NCBI GenBank assembly: GCA_016871615.1
Contig: VHCX01000002.1
Location: 12,935-76,934 of the forward strand
DNA from: Verrucomicrobiota bacterium
Lineage (GTDB): Bacteria; Verrucomicrobiota; Verrucomicrobiia; Limisphaerales; UBA9464
Direction: 5' to 3'
Length of the DNA: 64,000 nt
A model generated the notes under the pieces. That model worked only from the letters and a program-made list of their open reading frames with translations. It did not search any database and was not told the origin of the DNA. Both the position numbers and the translations under genes were made by a program. This document shows positions 38,718-52,091 of the stretch, one piece after another; the stretch's first letter is position 1, and each line of letters starts with the position of its first letter.

Positions 38718-39962
38718 ATGTTCCTCTCCACCATGAGCACACTCGATTCCGTCTACGCGAAACTCCAGGTCAAGACCGGTGCCAAGATGGCCCTCATTGT
38801 CCTGGATGGCCTGGGAGACCTCGCCACCCGATCCCAGAACTGGATGACGCCCCTCGAGGCGGCGCGGACCCCGAATCTCGACGCCCTCACCCGCTCCGGG
38901 TGCGCCCAGGGCCGGATGATCCCGGTCGCGCCGGGCATCACCCCAGGTTCCGGGCCGGGCCATCTGGCGCTCTTCGGCTACGATCCCATCGAGTGGGAGG
39001 TCGGCCGCGGGGTCATCGAGACGCTCGGTCTGGGCATCGAGCTCAAGAATGGCGACGTGGCGGCGCGGGCCAATTTCTGCACGCTGGACGCCAAGGGCCT
39101 CGTCACCGACCGGCGCGCCGGCCGCATCGCCACCGAGGTCTGTGAGCGCCTGTGCGGCCTCCTGGCCTCGAAGATCCGGAAGATCGGATCGACCGAGGTC
39201 CTGATCTATCCCGGCAAGGAGCACCGCTTCGTGGTGGTCTTCCGGGGCAGGGGACTGGAGGGGCCCCTGACGGACACCGACCCCAACCGCGAAGGTCTGC
39301 CCATCGCCGAGGCGCGGCCCGTCGACCCGAAGAGCGCCGGCCAAAAGAAGGTCGCCCAGCTCATCACCGAGTTCTACCAGCTGGCCCTCCCGCTCCTGGC
39401 GGCCGAGAAGACGGCCAACGGGTTCCTCATGCGCGGCGTGGCCCACCAGCCCGACATCCCCACCTTCGAGCAGCGCTACGGGCTCAAGGCGGCGGCCATC
39501 GCGGTCTACCCGATGTACAAGGGCCTGAGCCAGCTCGTCGGCATGGTGAAGATCGAGGGGCCGGAGACCATCGCCCAGCAGTTTGAGCGCTACGTGCAGG
39601 ACTACGACCGGTACGACTTCTTCTTCATCCATTACAAGTACACCGACAAGGCCGGCGAGGACGGCAACTTCGCGGCGAAGGTGAAGGCCATCGAGGACTT
39701 CGACGCGGCCCTCCCGATCCTTCTCGCCCGCGAGCCGGACGTGCTCGCCATCACCGGCGACCACTCCACGCCGGTGGCCGTCAAGGGGCACTCGTGGCAT
39801 CCGCAGCCGGTGCTGCTGCACTCGGAGATCAGCGGCAGCGACAAGCTGGAGCGCTTCACCGAGACCGGGGCCAACTCCGGATCGCTCGGGATCTTCGAGG
39901 CCAAGTACCTCATCCGCCTCATGCAGGCCAATGGCCGCATGTTCGACAAGTACGGAGCCTGA
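38718..39962 (+). CDS. apgM: cofactor-independent phosphoglycerate mutase, archaeal-type (ApgM-like)
   Basis: ALIVLDGLGD...TPNLDALT...PGITPGSGPGHLALFGYDP...NFCT...ITGDHSTP are metal-binding blocks of the ApgM/alkaline-phosphatase-superfamily mutases. 414 aa. Confidence 0.85.
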   Translation: MFLSTMSTLDSVYAKLQVKTGAKMALIVLDGLGDLATRSQNWMTPLEAARTPNLDALTRSGCAQGRMIPVAPGITPGSGPGHLALFGYDPIEWEVGRGVIETLGLGIELKNGDVAARANFCTLDAKGLVTDRRAGRIATEVCERLCGLLASKIRKIGSTEVLIYPGKEHRFVVVFRGRGLEGPLTDTDPNREGLPIAEARPVDPKSAGQKKVAQLITEFYQLALPLLAAEKTANGFLMRGVAHQPDIPTFEQRYGLKAAAIAVYPMYKGLSQLVGMVKIEGPETIAQQFERYVQDYDRYDFFFIHYKYTDKAGEDGNFAAKVKAIEDFDAALPILLAREPDVLAITGDHSTPVAVKGHSWHPQPVLLHSEISGSDKLERFTETGANSGSLGIFEAKYLIRLMQANGRMFDKYGA

Positions 39963-40054
39963 GGCCCACCGGGGAGGTGGCCACCGTGCGCCGTGGAGTT
40001 CCGAAGGGCTCCCGGCGCTTGATTGCCGGTCCGCGCAGGGTCATTTTGGGGCCC

Positions 40055-41530
40055 ATGAACCCGCAGTTGCCCGGCATGGATCCTGGTTCCCCGGTCCTCG
40101 AATCGCTGAAGGCCGCCACCCGGCGGCGTTTCCTGCGGGACTGCGGCACGGGCATCGGGGCCCTCGCCCTGGGCGGCCTGTTGAATCCGGCCCTTCGGGC
40201 GGCTGCCCCGGCGGCGATGGATGCCGGGCCCGCGCTGCGCACGCTGCACTTCGCCCCCAAGGCCAAAAACATCATCTACCTGTTCCAGTCGGGCGGGCCC
40301 TCGCACCTCGACCTCTTCGACCCGAAGCCCGAGCTCACCAAGCGCAACGGGCAGAAGGTGCCGGAGGCGCTGGTGAAGAACATCCGCCTGGCGCAGATCG
40401 GCAAGGAGTCGAAGCTCCTGGCCTCGCCCTACCAGTTCGCCCGGCACGGCAAGTCCGGGGCGTGGGTCAGCGAGCTCATGCCGCACCTGGCGTCGATCAC
40501 CGACGAGGTCTGCTTCGTGAAGGGCTTCCATTCCGAGGCCTTCAACCACGACCCGGCCACGCTCTTCATGAACACCGGGGCCCAGCTCGCCGGGCGTCCC
40601 GGCATGGGATCCTGGTTCAGCTACGGCCTCGGCAGCGAGAACAAGGACCTTCCCGCCTTCGTCGTGCTGATGACCGGCGTGGGCCAGCCCCTGACCAACG
40701 CGGCCTGGGGCAGCGGGTTCCTTCCCACCGTGCACCAAGGGGTCACGCTGCGCTCGCAAGGCGATCCGGTGCTCTATGTCGGGAATCCCCCGGGCATGGA
40801 CCGCAGGCGTCGCCGGCAGACCCTGGACGTGCTGAAGGACCTCAACCAGGCCCGTTACGATGTGCTGCAGGATCCCGAGATCCAGACGCGCATCGCCTCT
40901 TACGAGCTGGCCTACCGCATGCAGACCAGCGTGCCGGAGGTCATGGACATCTCGGGCGAAGCGGCACGGGTCCACGAGGCCTACGGCACCACCCCGGGAA
41001 GGGCCTCCTTCGCCAACAACTGCCTCCTGGCGCGGCGCCTGGTTGAGCGGGGCGTGCGTTTCGTGCAGCTCTACCACCGGGGCTGGGACCACCATGGCGG
41101 GCCGGATGGCAACCTCGTCTTCGACCTCAAGAAGCGCTGTGCGGAGACCGACCAGCCCTCGGTGGCCCTCATCCTGGACCTCAAGCAGCGCGGCCTGCTC
41201 GACGAGACCCTCGTCCTCTGGGGTGGGGAGTTCGGACGCACCCCCATGATGCAGGGAGCCCTGCGGCCGGACCAGATCGGCCGCGACCATCATCCCCACG
41301 GCTACACGATCTGGATGGCCGGCGGCGGCATCAAGCCCGGCACCGTCCACGGCGGGACCGACGAGTTCGGCTTCTACGCGGTGGAGAACAAGGTCCATGT
41401 GCACGACCTGCACGCGACGATCCTCCACCTCTTCGGCGTGGACCATCTCAAGCTCACCTACCGCTTTCAGGGACGCGATTACCGGCTGACCGACGTCCAT
41501 GGCGAGGTGGTGCGAGGCATCCTCGCCTAG
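40055..41530 (+). CDS. DUF1501-family (sulfatase-like) protein with twin-arginine signal
   Basis: TAT motif TRRRFLRDCGTGIGALALGG. DUF1501 blocks follow: NIIYLFQSGGPSHLDLFDPKPEL, GFHSEAFNHDPA, VLWGGEFGRTP, GRDHHPHGYTIWMAGGGIK. Start set at ATG 40055. Confidence 0.85.
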   Translation: MNPQLPGMDPGSPVLESLKAATRRRFLRDCGTGIGALALGGLLNPALRAAAPAAMDAGPALRTLHFAPKAKNIIYLFQSGGPSHLDLFDPKPELTKRNGQKVPEALVKNIRLAQIGKESKLLASPYQFARHGKSGAWVSELMPHLASITDEVCFVKGFHSEAFNHDPATLFMNTGAQLAGRPGMGSWFSYGLGSENKDLPAFVVLMTGVGQPLTNAAWGSGFLPTVHQGVTLRSQGDPVLYVGNPPGMDRRRRRQTLDVLKDLNQARYDVLQDPEIQTRIASYELAYRMQTSVPEVMDISGEAARVHEAYGTTPGRASFANNCLLARRLVERGVRFVQLYHRGWDHHGGPDGNLVFDLKKRCAETDQPSVALILDLKQRGLLDETLVLWGGEFGRTPMMQGALRPDQIGRDHHPHGYTIWMAGGGIKPGTVHGGTDEFGFYAVENKVHVHDLHATILHLFGVDHLKLTYRFQGRDYRLTDVHGEVVRGILA

Positions 41531-41602
41531 GCTCCATCGGCCGATCAACCCGGGAGGCCTCCCGTTGACGGTGCCCCGGCCCGTTCCCATATTGGTCTCG
41601 CG

Positions 41603-42364
41603 ATGTCATTCGACCTCACCGCGATGCTGCAGGACTGGGAATACAAGCCCGGCCAGGTGGTTGCCCGCCGTTTCCAGGGCCGGGACGGCGAGAAGATCCA
41701 GCTCCGGGTCGACCTCGGCATCCTCCAGATGAACGCCGAGGGCCGGCCCGACGGCCGCAAGCCGATGGGCCACGAGTCCTGGTTCCACTTCTACCGCAAG
41801 CGCGCCGAGCAGGCCCCCGCCGACGCGGACGGCGAGAATTCCGACTTCGTCCTCGGCTCCGAGGAGTGCGGTCGCCTGCAGCAGGAGGCCATCCAGTACC
41901 ACCACCGTTACATCTGCTTCTTCCAGCTCGCCGACTACCCGGCCGTCGAGCGCGACTGTGCCCGCAACCTCGAGGTCTTCGGCTTCGTGGACCGCTTCGC
42001 CGAGTCGGACGAATTGTCCTGGAGCGTGGTGCAGTTCACGCCCCAGCTGCTCATGATGCGCACCCGGGCCCGCGGTGCGGCGTGTCTCGAACGGGGTGAC
42101 CGGGCCGGTGCGATGGCGGCCATCGAGACGGGCCTCGACGAGCTGGTCGGGTTCCACGGCGACCACGACCGCGAGGAACAGGCCGAGCAGTGCGGCGAGG
42201 TCCTGTCGCTGCGGGGATGGCTCGAGGAGCTTCGCAGACGGCCGCCCCAGAACGAGCTCGAGCGCCTCCAGTCGGCCCTGGCTGAGGCCATCCGCATCGA
42301 GGACTACGAGACCGCCGCCCGTGTCCGCGACCAGCTCCGCAGACTCCAAGCCTCCGAGACATGA
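41603..42364 (+). CDS. UVR-domain-containing protein (function unknown)
   Basis: 253 aa. The C-terminal LAEAIRIEDYETAARVRDQLRRLQ is a UvrB/UvrC-type UVR motif. The N-terminal 200 aa are unassigned. ATGA overlap with the next gene. Confidence 0.65.
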   Translation: MSFDLTAMLQDWEYKPGQVVARRFQGRDGEKIQLRVDLGILQMNAEGRPDGRKPMGHESWFHFYRKRAEQAPADADGENSDFVLGSEECGRLQQEAIQYHHRYICFFQLADYPAVERDCARNLEVFGFVDRFAESDELSWSVVQFTPQLLMMRTRARGAACLERGDRAGAMAAIETGLDELVGFHGDHDREEQAEQCGEVLSLRGWLEELRRRPPQNELERLQSALAEAIRIEDYETAARVRDQLRRLQASET

Positions 42365-42807
42365 GCCTCCAGCAACGCGTCACCGACGACCTCAAATCCG
42401 CCATGATGGCCCGCGAGGCCGTCCGCACCGCCACCCTCCGCATGCTCAAGGCGGCCCTCGGCTATGCCCAGATCGAGAAGAAGACCGACACCTTGTCGGA
42501 CGCCGAGGTGATGGCGGTGATCCAGCGCGAGGCCAAGAAGCGCCGGGATGCGATCGAGGAGTTCGAGAAGGGCGGCCGGGCCGAGATGGCCGCCAACGAG
42601 CGCGCCGAACTCGAGGTGCTGGCCGGCTTCCTGCCCAAGGCGCTTTCGCCCGAGGAGCTCGAGGCGCTGATCCGTGCCGTCATCGCCGAGGTCGGCGCCA
42701 CCTCCAAGAAGGAGATGGGTGCGGTCATGAAGGCCGCCCAGGCGAAGATCGATGGCCGTGCCGACGGACGCAGCGTCAGCGCCCTCGTCTCGAGGCTCCT
42801 GCCCTGA
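42361..42807 (+). CDS. GatB/YqeY-domain protein
   Basis: MSLQQRVTDDLKSAMMAREAVRTATLRMLKAAL...REAKKRRDAIEEFEKGGRAEMAANERAELEVLAGFLP is a typical full-length YqeY. Confidence 0.9.
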   Translation: MSLQQRVTDDLKSAMMAREAVRTATLRMLKAALGYAQIEKKTDTLSDAEVMAVIQREAKKRRDAIEEFEKGGRAEMAANERAELEVLAGFLPKALSPEELEALIRAVIAEVGATSKKEMGAVMKAAQAKIDGRADGRSVSALVSRLLP

Positions 42808-42824
42808 GGCCGGAAAGCCCTCGG

Positions 42825-43496
42825 ATGCCCCCTCTCCCGACGCCCCACCGGACCCCGAGCGCCACCGCGTCGGACTTCATCCAGGCGCTCCGCGCCTCGG
42901 CGTTGGCCGCGCGTTCCGGCGGACAGACCATCGGGGAGTTCCTCGACCGGCTCGGCAACGGCAACGCCTGGCTGATGTCCCTCATCCTCACGCTGCCGTT
43001 CATCCAGCCGCTGCCCACGGGTCCGATGGCCACCTTCGGCGGCCTGGCCTTCGCCGGGATCGGATGGCGCCTGCGCCGCGGTGACGAGTCGGTCTGGCTG
43101 CCCGGGCGCATCCGATCGACGCGTCCCGGCCCCTCCACGTGGAATGCCTTCTCCGGCTTCGGCTGCGCGCTGCTCCGGCTGCTCGGACGGGTGAGCCGGC
43201 CCGACCGGATGGTGTGCCTCGTGGAGTGGGTGGGCCGTCGGGGGGCCGCCTGGCTGATCCTCGTCGGCGGGCTGCTGGTGGCCGTGCCCTTCCTGGTCGT
43301 GCCCCTCCAGAACTCCCTGCCCGCGCTCATCATCTTCTTCGCCTGCGTGGGCCGCCTCCAGCGCGATGGAGCGATGTACCTGCTGGCCCTCCTCAGCCTA
43401 GCGGTGACGCTCGTCTACTTCGCCCTGGTCACCTGGGTCATGTTCTTCGCGGCGGAGCATTCCTGGCAATGGTTCCGCCAATGGCTGGGCCGCTGA
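42825..43496 (+). CDS. ExoD-family membrane protein
   Basis: TIGEFLDRLGNGNAWLMSLILTLPFIQPLPTGPMATFGGLAFAGIGWRLRRGDESVWLPGRI follows the ExoD pattern (LP...P.PG......G....WLP), with C-terminal TM helices. Confidence 0.7.
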   Translation: MPPLPTPHRTPSATASDFIQALRASALAARSGGQTIGEFLDRLGNGNAWLMSLILTLPFIQPLPTGPMATFGGLAFAGIGWRLRRGDESVWLPGRIRSTRPGPSTWNAFSGFGCALLRLLGRVSRPDRMVCLVEWVGRRGAAWLILVGGLLVAVPFLVVPLQNSLPALIIFFACVGRLQRDGAMYLLALLSLAVTLVYFALVTWVMFFAAEHSWQWFRQWLGR

Positions 43497-43649
43497 CGGC
43501 CTGCCCGGCGGCTTCCGAGCCCCCCCGAAGAGCCCGCGCAAAAACCGCTTGTGAAAACGTTCACGATCTCCCAGCCTTTACTGATCCGGGCCGTGTACGC
43601 GTCGATCCGCCGTGGAGGCGAAGTCGCGCCCACGGATCGTCCCTTCACG

Positions 43650-44561
43650 ATGCGTTGGTCCAGTCTTCCAGTCGCCCTTGCCGCCGCCACAGGCCTCCAG
43701 GTCTGCGGCTTGGCCGCCGACCACGGCGCGCACGCCGAAGCCGCCGCTCAGCAGGGGCTGCCTTCCGCGGCGCCGATCCTGTTCCATGTCGGGCCGCTGC
43801 CGGTGACCAATTCCATGGTGCTCACCTGGGTGGTCGCCCTGATCCTGGTGCTGGCCGTGCGCCTCGGGGTCGGAACCCTTCGCCAGATCCCCGAGGGGGC
43901 TCAGAACTTCTGGGAGTGGCTCGTGGAGGGCCTCTATGACTTCCTGGGCGGCATCATCGGGCCCGACCTCGTGCGCAAGACCTTCTGGTTCTTCTCGGCC
44001 CTCTTCCTCTTCGTGGTGACCACCAACTGGTTCGGCCTCCTGCCGGGTGTCGGCACCATCGGTTGGGGTCATCCGGGCGACCACGGCTTCCATGTTTCCG
44101 AGCCGCTGCTGCGCGGCGCCAACGCCGACTTCAACATGACCTTCGCGATGGCGTTGGTGTTCTTCGTGCTCTGGACGGTCTGGGCCTTGCAGGCCAACGG
44201 GCCGGTCGGGTTCCTCAAGCACCTCTTCGGCGCCAAAGGTGGCCTCGGCGGCTTCATTGGTCTGGTCTTGGTGGTGGTGTTCTTCGCGGCGGGCCTGCTC
44301 GAGGTCGTGTCGATTCTCTTCCGTCCGGTTTCCCTGAGCTTCCGCCTCTATGGCAACGTCTTCGCCGGCGAGAACATGCTGGAATCCATGACTCACCTTG
44401 GGGGAGTCAACTGGGGCTGGTTGACGGCTCTGCCGTTCTACTTCATGGAACTTTTGGTAGGACTTGTCCAAGCCTTGGTCTTCATGCTCCTGACGGCGGT
44501 CTTCACCCTCCTCATCTGTGCGCATGACGAGGAGCCCGGCGAGGAGGGCTCCCACCACTAG
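43650..44561 (+). CDS. atpB: F0F1 ATP synthase subunit a
   Basis: LFRPVSLSFRLYGNVFAGENMLE contains the essential Arg motif of subunit a; 5-6 TM segments. The track start GTG 43551 lies in a comparatively AT-rich, promoter-like stretch, so ATG 43650 is preferred. Confidence 0.88.
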   Translation: MRWSSLPVALAAATGLQVCGLAADHGAHAEAAAQQGLPSAAPILFHVGPLPVTNSMVLTWVVALILVLAVRLGVGTLRQIPEGAQNFWEWLVEGLYDFLGGIIGPDLVRKTFWFFSALFLFVVTTNWFGLLPGVGTIGWGHPGDHGFHVSEPLLRGANADFNMTFAMALVFFVLWTVWALQANGPVGFLKHLFGAKGGLGGFIGLVLVVVFFAAGLLEVVSILFRPVSLSFRLYGNVFAGENMLESMTHLGGVNWGWLTALPFYFMELLVGLVQALVFMLLTAVFTLLICAHDEEPGEEGSHH

Positions 44562-44634
44562 TCCGATTTCGGGCGCCAGACGGTGGCCAGACCGCCGGGG
44601 CGTCCGCGCAACAACAACCACGACACCCACCCAC

Positions 44635-44841
44635 ATGATCGCAGAAATGTCCGGAAACATCCACGTGGCCGCGGCCGCCTTAGGTGCCGCCATCGGCGTC
44701 GGTCTCATCGGCAAAGGCGCCGCCGAGGCCGTCGGGCGCAACCCTGGGGCCGCCACCAAGATTCTCGTGCAGGCCATCCTGAGCACCGCTTTCGCCGAGG
44801 GCATCGTCTTCTTCGCGCTGTTCCTTTGGAACGGCAAGTGA
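44635..44841 (+). CDS. atpE: F0F1 ATP synthase subunit c
   Basis: 68 aa hairpin: GAAIGVGLIGKGAAEAVGRNPGA loop and helix-2 carboxylate AFAEGIVFF. No Gln/Ser/Thr Na+-site pattern, so it is read as H+-type. Confidence 0.9.
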   Translation: MIAEMSGNIHVAAAALGAAIGVGLIGKGAAEAVGRNPGAATKILVQAILSTAFAEGIVFFALFLWNGK

Positions 44842-44958
44842 CCGGCACCGCCGGCGCAGGATCCCGCATCAACGGACTCCTGCGTCCGTAGGCGGATGCT
44901 CGACGGCCGCCCCCGGGCGCTTCCCCAGTCCGTCCCACCTGACCCGATTTTCCTCAAA

Positions 44959-45501
44959 ATGAGCCACGTCGCCCTTCTGGCGGCCGCCGAAGGCGGACCC
45001 GTCGAACAGATTGCCAAGACCTTCGGTGCCAACGTGCCGGCGCTGGTCGCCAACACGATCAGCTTCGTGCTGGTGGCCCTGATCCTCAAGAAGTGGGCCG
45101 TGGGTCCCATCCAGAAGGCCCTCGAGGAGCGTCGCGCGGTCATCGCCCAGGGGTTGGCCGATGCCGCCAAGGCCAAGGACGATCTCGCCTCGGCCCAATG
45201 CAGGGCCGAGGAGCTTCTCGCCGAGGTCGGTGTCCAGTCGGCCAAGGCCCTCGAGGAGGCCCGGGCCGCCGCAGCCCGCGTCGCCGAGGCCGAGACGCGC
45301 AAGGCCGTCGCCGCCGCCGAGGAGATCGTCACCAAGGCCCGTCAGGCCAACGAGGCCGAACTGGACCGCCTGAAGGCCGAGCTGCAGAAGGAGTTCGGTC
45401 GGCTGGTCGTGGCCGCGAGCCTCGAGGTCACCGGCAAGATCCTGACCCTCGACGACCAGAAGCGCCTGGCCGAGGAGACCCAGCGCCAGCTCGCCGCCTG
45501 A
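44959..45501 (+). CDS. atpF: F0F1 ATP synthase subunit b
   Basis: One N-terminal TM (LVANTISFVLVALILKKW) and a long charged Ala/Glu/Lys-rich helix. Gene order also supports the call. Confidence 0.8.
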   Translation: MSHVALLAAAEGGPVEQIAKTFGANVPALVANTISFVLVALILKKWAVGPIQKALEERRAVIAQGLADAAKAKDDLASAQCRAEELLAEVGVQSAKALEEARAAAARVAEAETRKAVAAAEEIVTKARQANEAELDRLKAELQKEFGRLVVAASLEVTGKILTLDDQKRLAEETQRQLAA

Positions 45502-45560
45502 ACCGGCGACCCGGACGAAGCGAGTTTCCCCAGTCTCCCCCAAGGAACCCCGACCCCCGG

Positions 45561-45953
45561 ATGAAGATCGGAAAACAGGCACGACGCGACGGCAAGGACC
45601 TCTACCGGGCCTGCCTTCGGGACGGCATGCTCGACGAGGCGCGCGTCCGGCAGACCGTCGATCAGGTCATCCAAGCCAAGCCGCGCAACCACCTGGCGGC
45701 CCTCCAGCACTTCCTGTCGCTGGTCAAGATCGACGTCGGCCGCCGGACGGCCCGCATGGAGAGCGCGGTCGACCCGTCGCCCGAGGTCAAGGCGTCGATC
45801 CGGGAGACCCTCGGCCGCCGGTACGGCCAGGGCCTCGAGTTCCAGTTCTCCGTGCAACCCGCCCACATCGGCGGCCTCCGGGTCCAAGTGGGCAACGACG
45901 TGTACGACGGCACCGTGAAGGCCCGCCTGGCGGCCCTCGAGAAGAGTTTCTGA
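45561..45953 (+). CDS. atpH: F0F1 ATP synthase subunit delta (short, 130 aa)
   Basis: The C-terminal block [58 protein letters not shown] matches the OSCP/delta C-domain. The N-terminal domain is much shorter than usual. No in-frame ATG, GTG or TTG codon lies between the atpF stop and ATG 45561. Confidence 0.75.
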   Translation: MKIGKQARRDGKDLYRACLRDGMLDEARVRQTVDQVIQAKPRNHLAALQHFLSLVKIDVGRRTARMESAVDPSPEVKASIRETLGRRYGQGLEFQFSVQPAHIGGLRVQVGNDVYDGTVKARLAALEKSF

Positions 45954-45999
45954 CGATCCCCCCTTTCCGTTCCAACAGCCGACCAATCCCACTGACGAC

Positions 46000-49907
<3,908 letters not shown>

Positions 49908-49934
49908 CCCGGCCGGGCGATGGCCTTCCTTGCC

Positions 49935-49961
49935 GTCCCCAACGTCCCCAACGTCCCCAAG
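49935..49961. repeat. 9-nt tandem triplication (gtccccaac x2, gtccccaag) inside the atpD-atpC spacer
   Basis: Read directly. It occupies a third of the 79-nt intra-operon spacer. Confidence 0.9.
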
Positions 49962-49986
49962 ATTCCGAAACCAACCCACCGACGTC

Positions 49987-50394
49987 ATGGCCACGCTCAA
50001 GCTGGAGATCGTCACCCCCGAGGCCCGCATCTACTCCGAGGAGGTGGAGATGGTCACGCTGCCCGGGGTCGAGGGCGAGATGGGCATCTTCCCGATGCAC
50101 ATCCCCCTCATGACCCAGATCGCCCACGGCGAGATCATCGCCCGCAAGGGGGGCCAGGACCATTTCCTGGCTGTCGGCGAGGGTTTTGCCGAGATCACCG
50201 GAAGCCGGGTGGCCATCCTCACGGACATGGCCATCCGCGCCGACGACATCGACGAGGCCAAGGTCGAGGAGGCCCGCCGTCAGGCCGAGGCTCGCCTGGC
50301 GCAGAAGCTCGGTGACGAGGAGCAGGCGCTGGCGCAGGCCGCGCTCATGCACTCGCTCACCCAGCTCACCCTCAAGCGGCGCCAGAAGCGCTGA
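49987..50394 (+). CDS. atpC: F0F1 ATP synthase subunit epsilon
   Basis: MATLKLEIVTPEARIYSEEVEMVTLPGVEGEMGIFPMHIPLMTQI... is the canonical epsilon beta-sandwich, followed by a helical hairpin. Confidence 0.93.
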   Translation: MATLKLEIVTPEARIYSEEVEMVTLPGVEGEMGIFPMHIPLMTQIAHGEIIARKGGQDHFLAVGEGFAEITGSRVAILTDMAIRADDIDEAKVEEARRQAEARLAQKLGDEEQALAQAALMHSLTQLTLKRRQKR

Positions 50395-50525
50395 ATGCCG
50401 GCACGGGGTCGGGCGGTCTCCAACCCGTCCACCCGGCGGCCGCGGCATCCCGGCGGCCGTTGCGTTTCACGGGCCGCCCCGTTAGCTTCAGGATCGGCTT
50501 CCGGACGGTGTCCGCGCCCACCCCC

Positions 50526-50849
50526 ATGACCGATCCAACCGGCAACGCCCCGGGAACCGTGGAGATCCCGGTTCCCCAGATCGACCCCGAGGCCGAGACC
50601 CGAGTGGATCGGGAGCGCGACTACGTGGTCGTCGCCTGGGACGATCCCGTGAACCTCATGCCCTACGTGACGCACGTCTTCCAGCAGGTGTTCGGCTGGA
50701 GCCACGACAAGGCCCATCGGCACATGCTGGAGGTCCACGAGAAGGGTCGCAGCGCCCTGGTGCGCGAGAGTTTCGAGAAGGCCGAGCACCACGTGCACGC
50801 GCTCCAGAAATACTCGCTCAACGCCACCATCGAGCCCGGCCTGCCATGA
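50526..50849 (+). CDS. clpS: ATP-dependent Clp protease adaptor ClpS
   Basis: YVVVAWDDPVNLMPYVTHVFQQVFGWSHDKAHRHMLEVHEKGRSALV is the ClpS core (N-degron binding pocket region). Start set at ATG 50526. Confidence 0.9.
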   Translation: MTDPTGNAPGTVEIPVPQIDPEAETRVDRERDYVVVAWDDPVNLMPYVTHVFQQVFGWSHDKAHRHMLEVHEKGRSALVRESFEKAEHHVHALQKYSLNATIEPGLP

Positions 50850-51322
50850 GGCTGCTGGGCAAGGATGCCGAGGGCACGTCCTGGCTGCTTTCGCAGGACG
50901 AGTGCGGCCTGCTGGTTTCCATGCTCCGATTGCCCCCCGGGCCGAGATCCGCGCCGCGCCTGAGCCTGGCCGCCCGGAAGCTACAGGCGCTCGGCGGCGT
51001 CGAGCTGGCCGACGAGCTGGAAGCCCACCGGGCCTCGACGCGCCGTCGCCTGCAGGACCTGCTCGAGCACGCCCCGGGGGCCGACACGGTCGAGGGGGAT
51101 GCCCCGGGCCGGTTGCTCCGGCTCTCCGGGACCGACTTCGAGCTGTTCCTCCAGGTGCTGAACGATGTGCGTCTGGCCGCCTGGGAACGCCTTGGGCATC
51201 CGAACCCGCCCGAGCCGCCTGACGATCTCTCGACCGGGACCCCGGAGTTCCGCTTCTGGTTCGAGCTGGTGGTCGCCAGCCGGGTGCAGGGGTTTCTCCT
51301 CTCGGCCGCCTTCCCGGGATGA
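50846..51322 (+). CDS. hypothetical protein wedged between clpS and aat
   Basis: 158 aa with ATGA start/stop overlaps on both sides (50846-50849 and 51319-51322). No motif I can assign confidently. The central FELFLQVLNDVRLAAWERLG reminds me of the DUF2017 proteins found next to clpS in Actinobacteria, but this is unverified. Confidence 0.55.
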   Translation: MRLLGKDAEGTSWLLSQDECGLLVSMLRLPPGPRSAPRLSLAARKLQALGGVELADELEAHRASTRRRLQDLLEHAPGADTVEGDAPGRLLRLSGTDFELFLQVLNDVRLAAWERLGHPNPPEPPDDLSTGTPEFRFWFELVVASRVQGFLLSAAFPG

Positions 51323-51993
51323 GCCGGACCCCCGGAGCCGTCGCCTGCGTGGCCCCGGGCCAGCGGTTGCCCGACGCCCGCGATGCCCGGGGCGACGGGC
51401 TTGTGGCCGTCGGGGGCGACCTGTCGGTGGGGCGCCTGCTCGAGGCCTATCGTGGCGGCCTCTTCCCGTGGTCGGCCGATCCGGTCACCTGGTGGTCGCC
51501 GGATCCGCGCGGCATCCTCGAGGTCGGTGGCCTGCATGTTTCCCGCAGCCTCGCCCGGACGCTCCGGCGTGGCGTCTACCGGGTGGGCTTCGACGGGGAC
51601 TTCGAGGCGGTCATCCGCGCCTGCGCCACGGAGCCGAGGCGGGGAGTCCGTTCCACCTGGATCTCGGAGGGCCTGGTCGCGGCCTACCTGGACCTGGCGC
51701 GCGCCGGCCACGCCCATAGCGTCGAATGCTGGCAGGACGGCCGGCTGGTGGGCGGGGTCTATGGCGTGGCGATCGGGGCATTCTTCGCGGGGGAGTCCAT
51801 GTTCCATCGGGCCGACGACGCATCGAAGGTGGCCCTGCACGCGCTCGACCGCCACCTGGCGGCGCGCGGTTTCCGTCTGTTCGACTGCCAGATGGTCACG
51901 CCGGTGACCCGGGCCCTCGGCGCGGTGGAGATCCCGCGCGACGACTACCTCGCCCGGCTGGAGCACGCCGTGGGTCTGCCGGATCGGTGGTGA
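51319..51993 (+). CDS. aat: leucyl/phenylalanyl-tRNA--protein transferase
   Basis: GGDLSVGRLLEAYRGGLFPWS...WWSPDPRGIL...GESMFHR...LFDCQ are the conserved L/F-transferase blocks. 224 aa. Confidence 0.9.
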   Translation: MSRTPGAVACVAPGQRLPDARDARGDGLVAVGGDLSVGRLLEAYRGGLFPWSADPVTWWSPDPRGILEVGGLHVSRSLARTLRRGVYRVGFDGDFEAVIRACATEPRRGVRSTWISEGLVAAYLDLARAGHAHSVECWQDGRLVGGVYGVAIGAFFAGESMFHRADDASKVALHALDRHLAARGFRLFDCQMVTPVTRALGAVEIPRDDYLARLEHAVGLPDRW

Positions 51994-52091
51994 GGCCCCG
52001 GGTTGGGGGGATATCGGGGACGATGTCGGGGACGACGGTGGGGACGACGTCGGGGTCTTGGATCCTGCGGGGCCGCAAGGAGCCCCATCCT

